From: an uncultured Gammaproteobacteria bacterium
GTDB taxonomy: Bacteria; Pseudomonadota; Gammaproteobacteria; JACCXJ01
Direction: 5' to 3'
DNA length: 64,000 nt
Assembly (NCBI GenBank): GCA_963764725.1
Contig: CAVXTM010000011.1
Location: 32,001-96,000 of the forward strand
In this document: positions 1 through 9,756 of the stretch, in pieces
How the letters are laid out: every line of letters starts with the position of its first letter
Position numbering within the stretch: the stretch's first letter is position 1
The notes under the pieces: model-generated
The model's input: only the letters and a program-made list of their open reading frames with translations
Database searches by the model: none
What the model was told of the DNA's origin: nothing
Position numbers and translations under genes: made by a program

Positions 1-118
1 CGAAGCGGCGGTTTTGTAGAGGACTCGGACGCGGGCTGGGCTCGGATCACTTCGGCGCGCGGCGTCGTCGCACCCCCTCTAGAGCGGTATGCGAAAGGCT
101 CTCTTTTAAGGACGGTCC

Positions 119-1432
119 TTAGCGCAGGTAGGTAGCGACGAAACCCAACGCGCCACAGGCGCCAATCACGGGAATGATGCCCCACTGAAAGCGCCACATG
201 GCTAGAAAAGCGGCGGCACCGATAAGCGCGGCGACGCCCTCTAACGGCCTGGCGAAGCCTTCGGGCCAGAGAACGTGAACAGCAAAAAAAACCGCGAGAT
301 TGAGCACGACCCCGACGACCGCCGCGGTGATTGCAGTCAGAGGCGCCGTAAACTTTAAATCGCCGTGTGTGGCCTCCACCAGCGGACCGCCGATTAAGAT
401 GAACAAAAAGGAGGGTAAAAACGTAAAAAATGTTGCCACCGCCGCCCCAATTATCCCAGCCGTTGCCAGGGCTTCGGGGCCGAAAACTTGCTCGCCCCAC
501 GCGCCCACAAATCCAACGAACGCCACCACCATAATCAAGGGTCCGGGTGTGGTTTCGCCAAGCGCAAGACCGTCCATGATCTGCGCGGTCGTGAGCCAGC
601 CGAAGGATTCGACTGCCCCTTGGTAGACGTAAGGCAGGACCGTATACGCCCCACCGAAGGTCAAGAGCGCCGCTTTGGTAAAAAACCAACCCATCCGCGG
701 CAGGGTTCCCTCGCCGCCGTGCAGCGCATAGAGGCCGCCCAAGACGACGCCCCAAAGAGCGACACCGATCGCGGCGTAGCGCAACAACCGTCCCCGCTGG
801 AAGCGAGCGTGCTCGGGCGTCGGGGTGTGATCATCGATCAACGCCGGACAATGAGCTTCCGTTGCCGCCTGATGGCTCGCAGAGAGTTGAAACTTTTCCG
901 GAAATCGGCGGCTCCCCAGGAAACCTATGGTCGCGGCCCCTAAAACAATGGCTGGAAACGGGACATTAAAGACGAAAATAGCGATGAATGCCGTCACCGC
1001 AACGGCCCACAGGGTCTCGTTTTTTAAAGCCCGCTTGCCAATCCGGTAAGCTGCGAAAACGACGATGACGGTTACCGCCGGCTTGATCCCGTAAAGAACA
1101 CTGGCGACGGCCGGCACATCGCCAAACGCCATGTAAGTCCAGGATAGCCCGACCAATATCACCAGAGACGGCAAAGTGAAAAGCGCACCGGCGACGATTC
1201 CGCCCCAGGTTCCATGCAACAGCCAACCGATGTAGGTTGCGAGCTGTTGCGCCTCCGGCCCGGGCAACAGCATGCAGTAGTTCAACGCATGCAGAAAGCG
1301 TCTCTCCGAAATCCACCGGCGCTTTTCGACCAACTCTTCGTGCATGATGGCGATTTGGCCCGCCGGCCCGCCAAAACTGATAAAACCAAGTCTCAGCCAG
1401 TACTTAAAGGCGTCCCGGAAGCTCACGGGCAC
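119..1432 (-). CDS. chrA: Chromate efflux transporter (long-chain CHR family)
   Basis: Two homologous halves with LGFISFGGPAGQIA, LPGPEAQQLA, TFGGAY and GETTPGP motifs. Confidence 0.95.
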   Translation of the reverse strand: MPVSFRDAFKYWLRLGFISFGGPAGQIAIMHEELVEKRRWISERRFLHALNYCMLLPGPEAQQLATYIGWLLHGTWGGIVAGALFTLPSLVILVGLSWTYMAFGDVPAVASVLYGIKPAVTVIVVFAAYRIGKRALKNETLWAVAVTAFIAIFVFNVPFPAIVLGAATIGFLGSRRFPEKFQLSASHQAATEAHCPALIDDHTPTPEHARFQRGRLLRYAAIGVALWGVVLGGLYALHGGEGTLPRMGWFFTKAALLTFGGAYTVLPYVYQGAVESFGWLTTAQIMDGLALGETTPGPLIMVVAFVGFVGAWGEQVFGPEALATAGIIGAAVATFFTFLPSFLFILIGGPLVEATHGDLKFTAPLTAITAAVVGVVLNLAVFFAVHVLWPEGFARPLEGVAALIGAAAFLAMWRFQWGIIPVIGACGALGFVATYLR

Positions 1433-1554
1433 GGTCCCGTGGATGTCCGCCGGGCGTTTTTCTCGTAGCAGACACGTCCCTCGAGAAATCAGGTTTTATG
1501 CGCGGTGGAAGACGAGATGCAGCCGGCGAGCGCCAGCCGTGCGGCGAGAGTAGA

Positions 1555-1587
1555 GAGCAGAGGGTTGTCGCCAACCCTCTGCTTTTT
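1555..1587. terminator. Intrinsic terminator-like hairpin
   Basis: GCAGAGGGTTG-tcgc-CAACCCTCTGC followed by TTTTT on +; lies just downstream of the small minus-strand ORF 1599..1697. Confidence 0.65.
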
Positions 1588-1598
1588 GGTGCAATCTA

Positions 1599-1697
1599 CT
1601 ATTTGCTGCTATCTCCGGCTTTATTTGTCGCGATTAACGCGGCAAAGCAGACAACGGATAAAGCTAACAACACCCACATTCCAGCATCGCCATCCAT
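1599..1697 (-). CDS. Small single-pass membrane peptide (32 aa), not in ORF track
   Basis: GAAGGAGGAG RBS before ATG; MDGDAGMWVLLALSVVCFAALIATNKAGDSSK; followed by a hairpin. Confidence 0.5.
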   Translation of the reverse strand: MDGDAGMWVLLALSVVCFAALIATNKAGDSSK

Positions 1698-1912
1698 AAT
1701 CTCCTCCTTCGGGTTCGTTATAGTTTAGGTTAAACGACGACCAAAACCGCTTTTTTTCGGTTTTGATCGGCTCGACTTCTTAAGGCAATTGGCATCTGGC
1801 AGCGAACAGATGGGGCATGCCCCCCTATAATATACAGAAATTATCTTGAATGCGGAATAGGGAACGTTCCGCGATACCCGCGTAAGTGGCGCAGCGCAGT
1901 TTTGTCTGCGCG

Positions 1913-3004
1913 TCAAGCCGCGAAGTCCCGGAGGTGCACGGGAAGGCGCCGCGCACCCCATCGCCCCGGCCGCGGCTCGAAGACACCCGGGCACGGCATA
2001 TCGCAGGCGGCACAGCGCCCGTCGGTGCCAAGGTTCCAATCGCTGAGCGTGTACCGGTCGCGCCCGATGAGCGTCGTCCCGCACCGGTGGCAGTAGGTGC
2101 TGCCGCCGGCCTTATCATGCACGTTGCCGGTATAGGCATAGCGGACACCGTTGCGTAGCGCGATGTCGCGCGCCCGGGTGAGGGTGGCGGGCGGGGTGTG
2201 TGCCTTATTCATCATCTTCCAGTCGGGATGGAAAGCGGTGAAGTGCATCGGCACCTCGGGGCCGAGGTTCTCGACGACCCAGCGGGTCATCGCGTCGATC
2301 TCTTGCTCGGAGTCGTTCTCGCCGGGGATCAAGAGCGTCGTGATCTCGAACCAAACCCGGGTCTCGTGCTTGAGGTATGTGAGCGTGTCGAGCACCGGTT
2401 GTAAGTGGCCGCCACAGATCTTCCAATAAAATCGTTCGCTGAAACCCTTGAGGTCCACATTGGCGGCATCCATATAGCGGTAGAACTCCGCGCGCGGCTT
2501 CGGACAGATATATCCGGCGGTCACCGCGACCGATTTAATTCCGTATTCCCGGCACGCCTGCGCGACGTCGATGGCGTATTCCATGAAAATCACTGGATCA
2601 TTATAGGTGTAGGCGACACTCGCGCACCCAAGGGCCTTGGCGGCGCGGGCGATCCGATCGGGGGCCGCCTGGTCGGCCAGCGTGTCCGTCTCCCGCGACT
2701 TGCTGATGTCCCAGTTCTGGCAGAACTTGCAGGCGAGATTACAGCCCGCGGTGCCAAAGGAGAGGATCGGGGTGCCCGGTAAAAAATGATTGAGCGGTTT
2801 CTTTTCGATCGGGTCCACGCAGTAACCGCTAGAACGCCCGTAGGTGGTTAACACCACCTCTCCGCCGCGGTTCGCGCGCACGAAGCACATCCCCTCTTGG
2901 CCTTCGTGCAGCTTGCACGCGCGCGGGCATACGTCGCATTGGATCCGCCCGTCGGCGAGGCGGTGCCAATAATGTGTGGCGTGAAACGATTCCGTTGACT
3001 GCAT
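1913..3004 (-). CDS. amrS: AmmeMemoRadiSam system radical SAM enzyme
   Basis: N-terminal CDVCPRAC, DPIEKKPLNHFLPG, SAM cluster CNLACKFCQNWDIS, YTYNDP, C-terminal Cys pairs. Confidence 0.93.
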   Translation of the reverse strand: MQSTESFHATHYWHRLADGRIQCDVCPRACKLHEGQEGMCFVRANRGGEVVLTTYGRSSGYCVDPIEKKPLNHFLPGTPILSFGTAGCNLACKFCQNWDISKSRETDTLADQAAPDRIARAAKALGCASVAYTYNDPVIFMEYAIDVAQACREYGIKSVAVTAGYICPKPRAEFYRYMDAANVDLKGFSERFYWKICGGHLQPVLDTLTYLKHETRVWFEITTLLIPGENDSEQEIDAMTRWVVENLGPEVPMHFTAFHPDWKMMNKAHTPPATLTRARDIALRNGVRYAYTGNVHDKAGGSTYCHRCGTTLIGRDRYTLSDWNLGTDGRCAACDMPCPGVFEPRPGRWGARRLPVHLRDFAA

Positions 3005-3085
3005 GTAGCAATTCTAGTCTTTCAACGTCCCATATCAAACGTACAAAAATCCAGATAGAATATACGTATCAGAAAGGAGATAACC

Positions 3086-3277
3086 GTGCACAGGCAGAAC
3101 CATAATCACAGGCAGTTTCAGGTCAGACGATTGGATACTCACCCCCCTTCCGAAGACTGGGAGTTACAGCGCGTGGTGGTGCGGGATGGAATTTCGTTCG
3201 ACTTCTCCCCCCTGGTTTACACCACGGAGACTGAGGCACTGGAGGCGGGTAAAAGATGGGTGTGGGCTGGAAATTAG
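3086..3277 (+). CDS. Small hypothetical protein
   Basis: AAAGGAGA RBS before GTG; ends ...YTTETEALEAGKRWV. Confidence 0.5.
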   Translation: MHRQNHNHRQFQVRRLDTHPPSEDWELQRVVVRDGISFDFSPLVYTTETEALEAGKRWVWAGN

Positions 3278-3340
3278 AAGCGCCTGCTACGATACGACTA
3301 AGAGCAGGTTTTCCCATCCGCTATCCATAGGAGTCGATTT

Positions 3341-3541
3341 ATGAGCATCAAATACCTCTTATATACACGCGATCGCGTGGTGGGGTGGACTGACCAAGAG
3401 CGAGGTTTGACGGGGATACATGTTGAATATGGCCTAAGGGATGGAAAGGGTCTATTACATACCTCAGGTATCGCCCGTTTAGAGCTGGCGAGCCGCTACC
3501 CCAGAACGCACGTTGAAGAGCTTAAGCATTGGGATTCGTAA
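3341..3541 (+). CDS. Small hypothetical protein
   Basis: AGGAG RBS upstream of ATG; no recognised motif. Confidence 0.4.
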   Translation: MSIKYLLYTRDRVVGWTDQERGLTGIHVEYGLRDGKGLLHTSGIARLELASRYPRTHVEELKHWDS

Positions 3542-3569
3542 AACGGGCGAGGGCTGAGCGCGACGCAAG

Positions 3570-5261
3570 GTGATGGTCGTCAACGCCTCGGCGTTGGACA
3601 TCACACTAGCGTACCATTATCGATCGAAGCACTGTCCGTTTCGATTTGCGCCCGCTCTTGGTTACATGGACTGGGACACGCAACCCGATCCAATGCGCCG
3701 ATTCGAAGGCGCCGCTGTGCTGCCTCTCGACCTCTTGCCGGTAGGGCGCGAGCCGCGCTATGAGTCGGCGTTCGCGCTCGGTCACATCGCCCGAGCCCCG
3801 CTGGATCGTGTCTCGGTCTCCCAACTCTTCCAAGATGCGCTCGCCCTCTCCGCCTGGAAACAGGCCGGGAACTCCCGTTGGTCGCTCCGCGTCAATCCCT
3901 CGAGCGGCAATCTTCATCCGACCGAGGGCTACCTGGTCGCCGGGCCCATCGCCGGTCTGCTTCCACGGCCCGCGGTCTACCACTACACACCGTTCGAGCA
4001 CGCACTCGAGATCAGGGCCGAGCTGTCGGGTGAAGCGTGGCTGAAGATCGCGGCACAGCTGCCTGAGAGTGCTGTTCTCGTGGGCCTTACGTCCATCCAT
4101 TGGCGCGAATCGTGGAAGTACGGCGAGCGGGCCTTCCGCTACTGCCACCACGACGCCGGTCACGCGATCGGGAGCTTCGCTGTGTCCGCCGCCGGGCTCG
4201 GCTGGGAGGCGAAGCTGCTCGAAAGCGTCACCGACGGCGATCTGGCTGTGGTACTGGGGGTGCGTGTCCAGACGGGGATCGAGGCCGAGCACGCCGACTG
4301 CCTCTTGGCCGTTGTCCCGCAGCGCGCCGGCTTCACGATCGAAGCGCAGCGAGTGTTCACCATTCCGGGCACGGTGTGCGATGAGCTCCGTGGCACGCGC
4401 TGGACTGGAGTGCCGAACCGGCTGAGCAGCGATCATCATTCGTGGCCCGTCATCGACGAGGTAGCCGCCGCAACGGAGAAGGTCTCGCGCCCTGGCGAGA
4501 CGTTCTGGTCTCCAATCGATTTCGACAACAGCTCCCTCGAGATCGGCGACTCGCCGCTCGCGCTTCGCCGCATCATCCACCAGCGGCGAAGCGCAGTCGC
4601 TCTCGATGGCCATACGGGGATCACACGCGACGCTTTCTACCAGATCCTGCTTAAGCTCATGCCCGGCTCGCAGCAGGTCCCGTTCACCACGCTACCGTGG
4701 CGCCCTTGCGTCGATCTCTTGCTCTTCGTCCACCGCGTGGCGAACTTGCCCTCTGGCCTTTATGCCCTGTTGCGAGACCCCGCGCGCAGGCAGGCGCTCG
4801 AAGACGCGATGGATCGGACCTTTGTCTGGACGCGACCAGCCGAGTGTCCTCTGTCCTTGCCCCTTTTCTTCTTGGTGGAAGGAGATGCGCGCTCTGCCGC
4901 CCAACAGACGAGCTGCAATCAGGAAATCGCGGCTGACGGCGTCTTCGCAGCGGCCATGCTTACCGAGTACCGCGCGTCCCTAGAGGCGTTCGGGCCCTGG
5001 TTCTACCGCCGTCTGTATTGGGAAACAGGCGTCATCGGACAGGTCCTGTATCTCGAAACCGAAGCCAGAGGCATTCGCGGCACCGGCATCGGCTGCTTCT
5101 TCGACGACCTCACGCACCAGGTCTTCGGCCTGACTGGAGACCGTTTCCAGGTGCTCTACCACTTCACCGTGGGCGGGCCAGTCGACGATCCACGCCTACA
5201 GACCGATCCCCCGTATCAGCACCTCGCGCACGCCCACGGCCGCGAGGTCACGCGGGAGTAA
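3570..5261 (+). CDS. SagB/ThcOx-family nitroreductase-like dehydrogenase (two domains)
   Basis: YHYRSKH, LRVNPSSGNLHPTEGY, WRESWKYGERAFRYC, RRSA, YRRLYWETG, GTGIGCFFDD. Confidence 0.9.
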   Translation: MMVVNASALDITLAYHYRSKHCPFRFAPALGYMDWDTQPDPMRRFEGAAVLPLDLLPVGREPRYESAFALGHIARAPLDRVSVSQLFQDALALSAWKQAGNSRWSLRVNPSSGNLHPTEGYLVAGPIAGLLPRPAVYHYTPFEHALEIRAELSGEAWLKIAAQLPESAVLVGLTSIHWRESWKYGERAFRYCHHDAGHAIGSFAVSAAGLGWEAKLLESVTDGDLAVVLGVRVQTGIEAEHADCLLAVVPQRAGFTIEAQRVFTIPGTVCDELRGTRWTGVPNRLSSDHHSWPVIDEVAAATEKVSRPGETFWSPIDFDNSSLEIGDSPLALRRIIHQRRSAVALDGHTGITRDAFYQILLKLMPGSQQVPFTTLPWRPCVDLLLFVHRVANLPSGLYALLRDPARRQALEDAMDRTFVWTRPAECPLSLPLFFLVEGDARSAAQQTSCNQEIAADGVFAAAMLTEYRASLEAFGPWFYRRLYWETGVIGQVLYLETEARGIRGTGIGCFFDDLTHQVFGLTGDRFQVLYHFTVGGPVDDPRLQTDPPYQHLAHAHGREVTRE

Positions 5262-5367
5262 CGCCTATGTCGAACCGCCTCGCTCACGACCGACATCCGG
5301 TTAGGCATGTCCTCTACGCGAGCTCGGCGAAACCCCTCGTCGCTCCACGGGTATCCGGTTAAAACCG

Positions 5368-7623
5368 ATGGACTCTCCCTTGCCGATTGCGTTCCTCGGG
5401 AGCTATCCGCCGCGCCGATGCGGTATCGCCACCTTCACCCGCGATCTCTCCGCGGCGGTCGGCGCCGCTAGCGATTGCGTACTCCCAATGACCATCGCGG
5501 TGAGCGATCCGGGAGGTCAGTACGAGTACTCGGGTGAGGTCAAATACGAAATCCGGCAGGCGGTGAAGGCCGACTATGCCCGGGCGGCCGAGTTCGTCAA
5601 CTATTCTGACGTGCGGCTCGTATCCATCCAGCACGAGCACGGCATCTTCGGCGGCGATGACGGCGCGTACATCCTCGACCTTCTGACGACGCTACGCACG
5701 CCAACCATAGCAACGCTGCACACCGTCCTCAAGCGGCCGTCAGACTCGCAAAGAGCGATCATCCAAAAGATGTCCTGGCAGTGCGCGCGGCTCGTCGTGA
5801 TGAGCAAAGTCGCGGCGGAACTGCTCGGTGCATCTTACGGGGTGAACGAGCGAAAGATCCGGGTCATTCCGCACGGGATCCCCGAGATGGCACCTCGGGA
5901 CCAGCAGCGGCTGAAGGCCAAGTTCGGCGTGTCGGGTCAACGGATGTTGCTGACGTTCGGGCTCCTGGGCCCCAACAAAGGGATAGAGACGGTCATCCGC
6001 GCGCTGCCGGCGGTGATCGAGACGTTCCCCGATGTCGTTTACTTCGTCGTGGGCCCGACCCACCCCATGATCGTGCGCCGCCACGGCGAGGCGTACCGGA
6101 CCTCCCTCGAACGCGAGGCCGAGCGCCTCGGTGTCCGCGAACACGTGGTCTTCCGCGACCGGTTCGTCTCCAACGAAGAGCTTTGCAGCTATCTACAAGC
6201 CGCCGACATCTATCTCAGCCCTTACCAGAACGAGGCGCAGGTCACGAGCGGCGCGTTGTCCTACGCGATGGGGGCGGGAGCGGCCGTCGTATCGACGCCG
6301 TACTGGCACGCCCAGGAGCTTCTCTCGGAGGGACGCGGGTACCTGTTCCCGTTCGGCGATCACGGCGCCTTGAGCGCCACCCTGCGCTCCCTCCTCGGCT
6401 CTCCGGCGGAGCTCGAGCGCGTCCGGCGCTCCGCCTTCGAGTTCACCCGGTCCATGGTGTGGCCGCAGATCGGACAGGCGTACCTCGAGCTTGCGACGAA
6501 GGTGATGGCCGAGGCGCCCACCCGAATGACGTCCATCCAGCCGACGCGCGCCAGCAGCCTACCCGAGCTGCGCCTCGATCACCTGATCCGGATGACCGAC
6601 GACACCGGAGTGATCCAACACGCCACTTACAGCGTTCCCGCGAGGAACACCGGGTACTGCGTCGACGACAACGCGCGCGCTTTGATCGTCGCGCTGCGCG
6701 CGGACCGGGTAAGCAGCGACCCACAGACGAAGCGTCTCGTGAGCACGTACCTCGGCTACCTGCACTGCGCCCAGAGCGAGGCGGGTGACTTCGAGAACCT
6801 GATGAGCTACGACCGCACGCAGAAGTCGGGTCCTGGCTCGGAAGACTGCCTGGGCCGCGCCCTCTGGGCGCTGGGGACCACGGCCGAGCTCGCGACCGAC
6901 GAGGGTTGCAAGCTGCTGGCAAGGGAGATGCTAGACCGCGCCTTGCCGAAGGCGATGGATCTCGGCCCGCGCGGCACTGCGACGACCATCCTCGGCCTGG
7001 CCAGCTTGGTCGCCGCGGAGCCGTCCGCCGACGCCGTCCGCAAGAGCCTGAGCGTCCTGGCCGACAAGCTGGTCCAGCGCTATCAGCAGGAGGCCACCGA
7101 TGACTGGCGGTGGTTCGAGCCGACCTTAACCTACGAAAACGCCATCATCCCGCTCGCGCTCTTCAGAGCCTTCTCCGTGACGGGCGAGCGGGCGAGCTTG
7201 CGCGTGGCGCGTGAGTCGCTGGAGTTCCTCGAGGACGTCTGCTTCGGGGACGGGCACCTGGCATTGGTGGGCAACGCCGGCTGGCACTGTCGCGGCGGCA
7301 AGAAGCCGCACGCCGACGAGCAGGCGATCGATGCCGCGGCCTTCGTGCTCGCTTTCCGGGGCGCCTACCTCGCGACCGGAGATCATCGGTACCTCCGTCG
7401 CATGCGCGAATCGTTCGCGTGGTTCCTCGGCGTCAACCGCCTCGGGACGCCGCTCTACGACTCCGTGACCGCGGGCTGCCGGGATGGGCTCGGGGCGACC
7501 CAGGCGAACCAGAATCAAGGCGCCGAGAGCACCATCTGCTTTCTGCTGTCGCTCCTGGAGATGCTCGAGATTGCGGGCGAAGGCCTCGAGCATGCCGGCC
7601 GGTTCGAAGAGCCGGAGGCATGA
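5368..7623 (+). CDS. GT4 glycosyltransferase fused to a C-terminal helical glycosidase-like domain
   Basis: YPPRRCGIATF, IQHEHGIFGG, TFGLLGPNKGIE, QVTSGALSYA, STPYWHAQE; C-terminal GYCVDDNARAL and NQNQGAEST. Confidence 0.9.
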   Translation: MDSPLPIAFLGSYPPRRCGIATFTRDLSAAVGAASDCVLPMTIAVSDPGGQYEYSGEVKYEIRQAVKADYARAAEFVNYSDVRLVSIQHEHGIFGGDDGAYILDLLTTLRTPTIATLHTVLKRPSDSQRAIIQKMSWQCARLVVMSKVAAELLGASYGVNERKIRVIPHGIPEMAPRDQQRLKAKFGVSGQRMLLTFGLLGPNKGIETVIRALPAVIETFPDVVYFVVGPTHPMIVRRHGEAYRTSLEREAERLGVREHVVFRDRFVSNEELCSYLQAADIYLSPYQNEAQVTSGALSYAMGAGAAVVSTPYWHAQELLSEGRGYLFPFGDHGALSATLRSLLGSPAELERVRRSAFEFTRSMVWPQIGQAYLELATKVMAEAPTRMTSIQPTRASSLPELRLDHLIRMTDDTGVIQHATYSVPARNTGYCVDDNARALIVALRADRVSSDPQTKRLVSTYLGYLHCAQSEAGDFENLMSYDRTQKSGPGSEDCLGRALWALGTTAELATDEGCKLLAREMLDRALPKAMDLGPRGTATTILGLASLVAAEPSADAVRKSLSVLADKLVQRYQQEATDDWRWFEPTLTYENAIIPLALFRAFSVTGERASLRVARESLEFLEDVCFGDGHLALVGNAGWHCRGGKKPHADEQAIDAAAFVLAFRGAYLATGDHRYLRRMRESFAWFLGVNRLGTPLYDSVTAGCRDGLGATQANQNQGAESTICFLLSLLEMLEIAGEGLEHAGRFEEPEA

Positions 7624-9107
7624 GTAGCTCGGGGTTGGCCGTAACACGAACCGCGCACACCCTGCTGCCCAACCCCCGGCGCGTGATCGCCAAGCCGTAC
7701 CTGCCGGGCCAGGAAATAATCCCCGGGGGCGACGCCCGGACGGCGCTGCTGATGGATCGCATCCTCGCGATCCCGGAGCCCGAGGTCGCCTCGATGCTCG
7801 CGGGCGTGCTGGCGGACTTCTCGTCCCGCCACCGGGGGTTCGAGCAGATCCTGCAGCGGCATTTCGAGCTGGTCGTGCACCACATCGCTCCCGGGACCCA
7901 GCTCAGTCACGAGCGGCGCCTCCTCATCGGCGCGTACTTCACGCACGAGTATTCGGTCGAGGCCGCCGCGCTCTTCAATCCGTCGATGGTGCTCGCGCCC
8001 GACCAGACCAAGCTCCGACCCGGCGAGCGCCGATTCGTGATGAGCCTCCGAGCCGTGGGTGAAGGTCACATCTCGTCCATCGAGTTTCGCTCTGGCACCC
8101 TCGACGCCGCGAGCGAGGTGACGCTCGACCCCGTGGGCTCGAAGCTCGTCAGTGGGCGGCGCACTCCCCCCAGCAGCTACGACAAGCAAAAGTTCGCCGC
8201 TAAGCTCGTCGAGCTCGAAGCGGCCAACGAAATCGCCTCGAGCGTGCTCGCTCGGCTCTCGGAACGGTTTACACTCGATGATCTGGAGCACGCGCTCGCG
8301 CTGCTGGAAGAGAACGGCCTTCCCCACGCCATCAGCTTCGAGACCGTGAAGATCATCCGCGTCCTGGCCTCGTCCAACTACGTGACCACATTCCCCGCCG
8401 ATTCCGGGCTCTGCGAGCGGGTGATCTTCCCCGCCGGGCCGAACGAGACGCAAGGGATGGAAGACGCCCGCTTCGTCCGCTTCGTCGAGGACGACGGGCG
8501 CGTGAAGTATTACGCCACGTACACCGCCTTCGACGGATACGAGATCTTGCCTCAGCTGATAGAGACAGAGGACTTCGTGTCCTTCACGATCTCGACCCTG
8601 AACGGCGCCGCGGCACAGAATAAGGGCATGGCGCTGTTCCCGCGTCGAATCGACGGCAAGTACGTGATGCTGTCACGAAAAGATCGCGAGAACCTCCACC
8701 TCGCGACCTCGAACGACGTGCGGTTCTGGAACGACGTCACCGAGCTCCACAAGCCATCCAAGCCATGGGATCTCCTGCAGATCGGTAACTGCGGTTCGCC
8801 CCTCGAGACCGACGCCGGGTGGCTCGTGCTCACGCACGGCGTGGGGCCGATGAGACGTTATACCCTCAGCGCCCTGCTCCTCGATCTCGCCGACCCCCGG
8901 CGGGTGATCGGCCACCTGCCGGTCCCGCTGCTGGCTCCGGACGAGACGGAGCGCGAGGGCTACGTCCCGAACGTCCTGTACTCTTGCGGCGGCCTCATCA
9001 ACGGCGACACACTCGTTCTTCCCTACGGGTTCTCCGATCACGGGATCAACATCGCGCTCATCTCGGTGCCGGAGCTGCTGGCGAAGCTGCGGAGCTCCGC
9101 GGTTTGA
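7620..9107 (+). CDS. Glycoside hydrolase family 130 (mannoside phosphorylase-like)
   Basis: ATGA overlap with the GT4 gene; EYSVEAAALFNPS, GMEDARFV, NKGMALFPR, QIGNCGSP, GYVPNVLYSCG. Confidence 0.9.
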   Translation: MSSSGLAVTRTAHTLLPNPRRVIAKPYLPGQEIIPGGDARTALLMDRILAIPEPEVASMLAGVLADFSSRHRGFEQILQRHFELVVHHIAPGTQLSHERRLLIGAYFTHEYSVEAAALFNPSMVLAPDQTKLRPGERRFVMSLRAVGEGHISSIEFRSGTLDAASEVTLDPVGSKLVSGRRTPPSSYDKQKFAAKLVELEAANEIASSVLARLSERFTLDDLEHALALLEENGLPHAISFETVKIIRVLASSNYVTTFPADSGLCERVIFPAGPNETQGMEDARFVRFVEDDGRVKYYATYTAFDGYEILPQLIETEDFVSFTISTLNGAAAQNKGMALFPRRIDGKYVMLSRKDRENLHLATSNDVRFWNDVTELHKPSKPWDLLQIGNCGSPLETDAGWLVLTHGVGPMRRYTLSALLLDLADPRRVIGHLPVPLLAPDETEREGYVPNVLYSCGGLINGDTLVLPYGFSDHGINIALISVPELLAKLRSSAV

Positions 9108-9197
9108 ACGCCCATTGGAGATCGGGCCGTGCGGCGCCCAGTTCAACGGCGGATTGCACCCGCCGGTCGCTATTCTTCGATTCTGTCATTGGCATCC

Positions 9198-9232
9198 TTG
9201 ACATCGTCATTATAGGTGTATATACTCCTATA
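9198..9232 (+). promoter_or_regulatory. Sigma70 promoter overlapped by a palindromic operator
   Basis: TTGACA-17 bp-TATACT (9198-9226) overlapped by TATAGGtGTATATACtCCTATA. Confidence 0.8.
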
Positions 9233-9261
9233 ACGAACGAACAACAAGGTGGACGGAAACG

Positions 9262-9714
9262 ATGGCGCGACGCTTAGAGAAGGCAGAGTTGGTGAATTGC
9301 GTTAACTGCGCGTGCTTCAGCTTACGCAAAGTAACCCGTGCGGTGACCCAGCTTTATGACGACATGCTCCGGCCCTCGGGGCTGCGCGTTACACAGTTTT
9401 CGCTGCTGGTTGCGGGAAGAATGATGGGCCCGGTGAGTGTGACGCGGCTTGCGGAAATGACGGTCATGGATCGCACGACCTTAACGCGTAACTTGGAGCT
9501 GCTGCGGAAGCAGGGACTGATCGAGGTCGCCTCAGGCGAGGACCGGCGCACGCGAATCGTGACTATCACTTCTCGGGGGAACGGCGCGCTGGCCGAGGCC
9601 ATGCCGTTTTGGAAGAAGGCTCAGTCGCATGTGGTCAAGGCACTGGGGCAGGAACGCTGGACGGCGATGCAGACCGATCTCGGAGAAATGGTGGCGCTGA
9701 CGCAGGTACAGTAA
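9262..9714 (+). CDS. MarR-family transcriptional regulator
   Basis: CACFSLRKVTRAVTQLYD, GLRVTQFSLL, MDRTTLTRNL, EDRR. Confidence 0.95.
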   Translation: MARRLEKAELVNCVNCACFSLRKVTRAVTQLYDDMLRPSGLRVTQFSLLVAGRMMGPVSVTRLAEMTVMDRTTLTRNLELLRKQGLIEVASGEDRRTRIVTITSRGNGALAEAMPFWKKAQSHVVKALGQERWTAMQTDLGEMVALTQVQ

Positions 9715-9731
9715 TTTTTTTACCTACAAAT

Positions 9732-9743
9732 GTGTATATACAC
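9732..9743. promoter_or_regulatory. Second copy of the putative MarR operator
   Basis: Perfect palindrome GTGTATATACAC just before the RBS/ATG of the next gene. Confidence 0.7.
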
Positions 9744-9756
9744 TAACGGAGTCGCG

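Noticed and set aside
3570-5261. RiPP (azole) cluster around the SagB-like gene
   Set aside because: No YcaO, E1-like protein or Cys/Ser-rich precursor nearby
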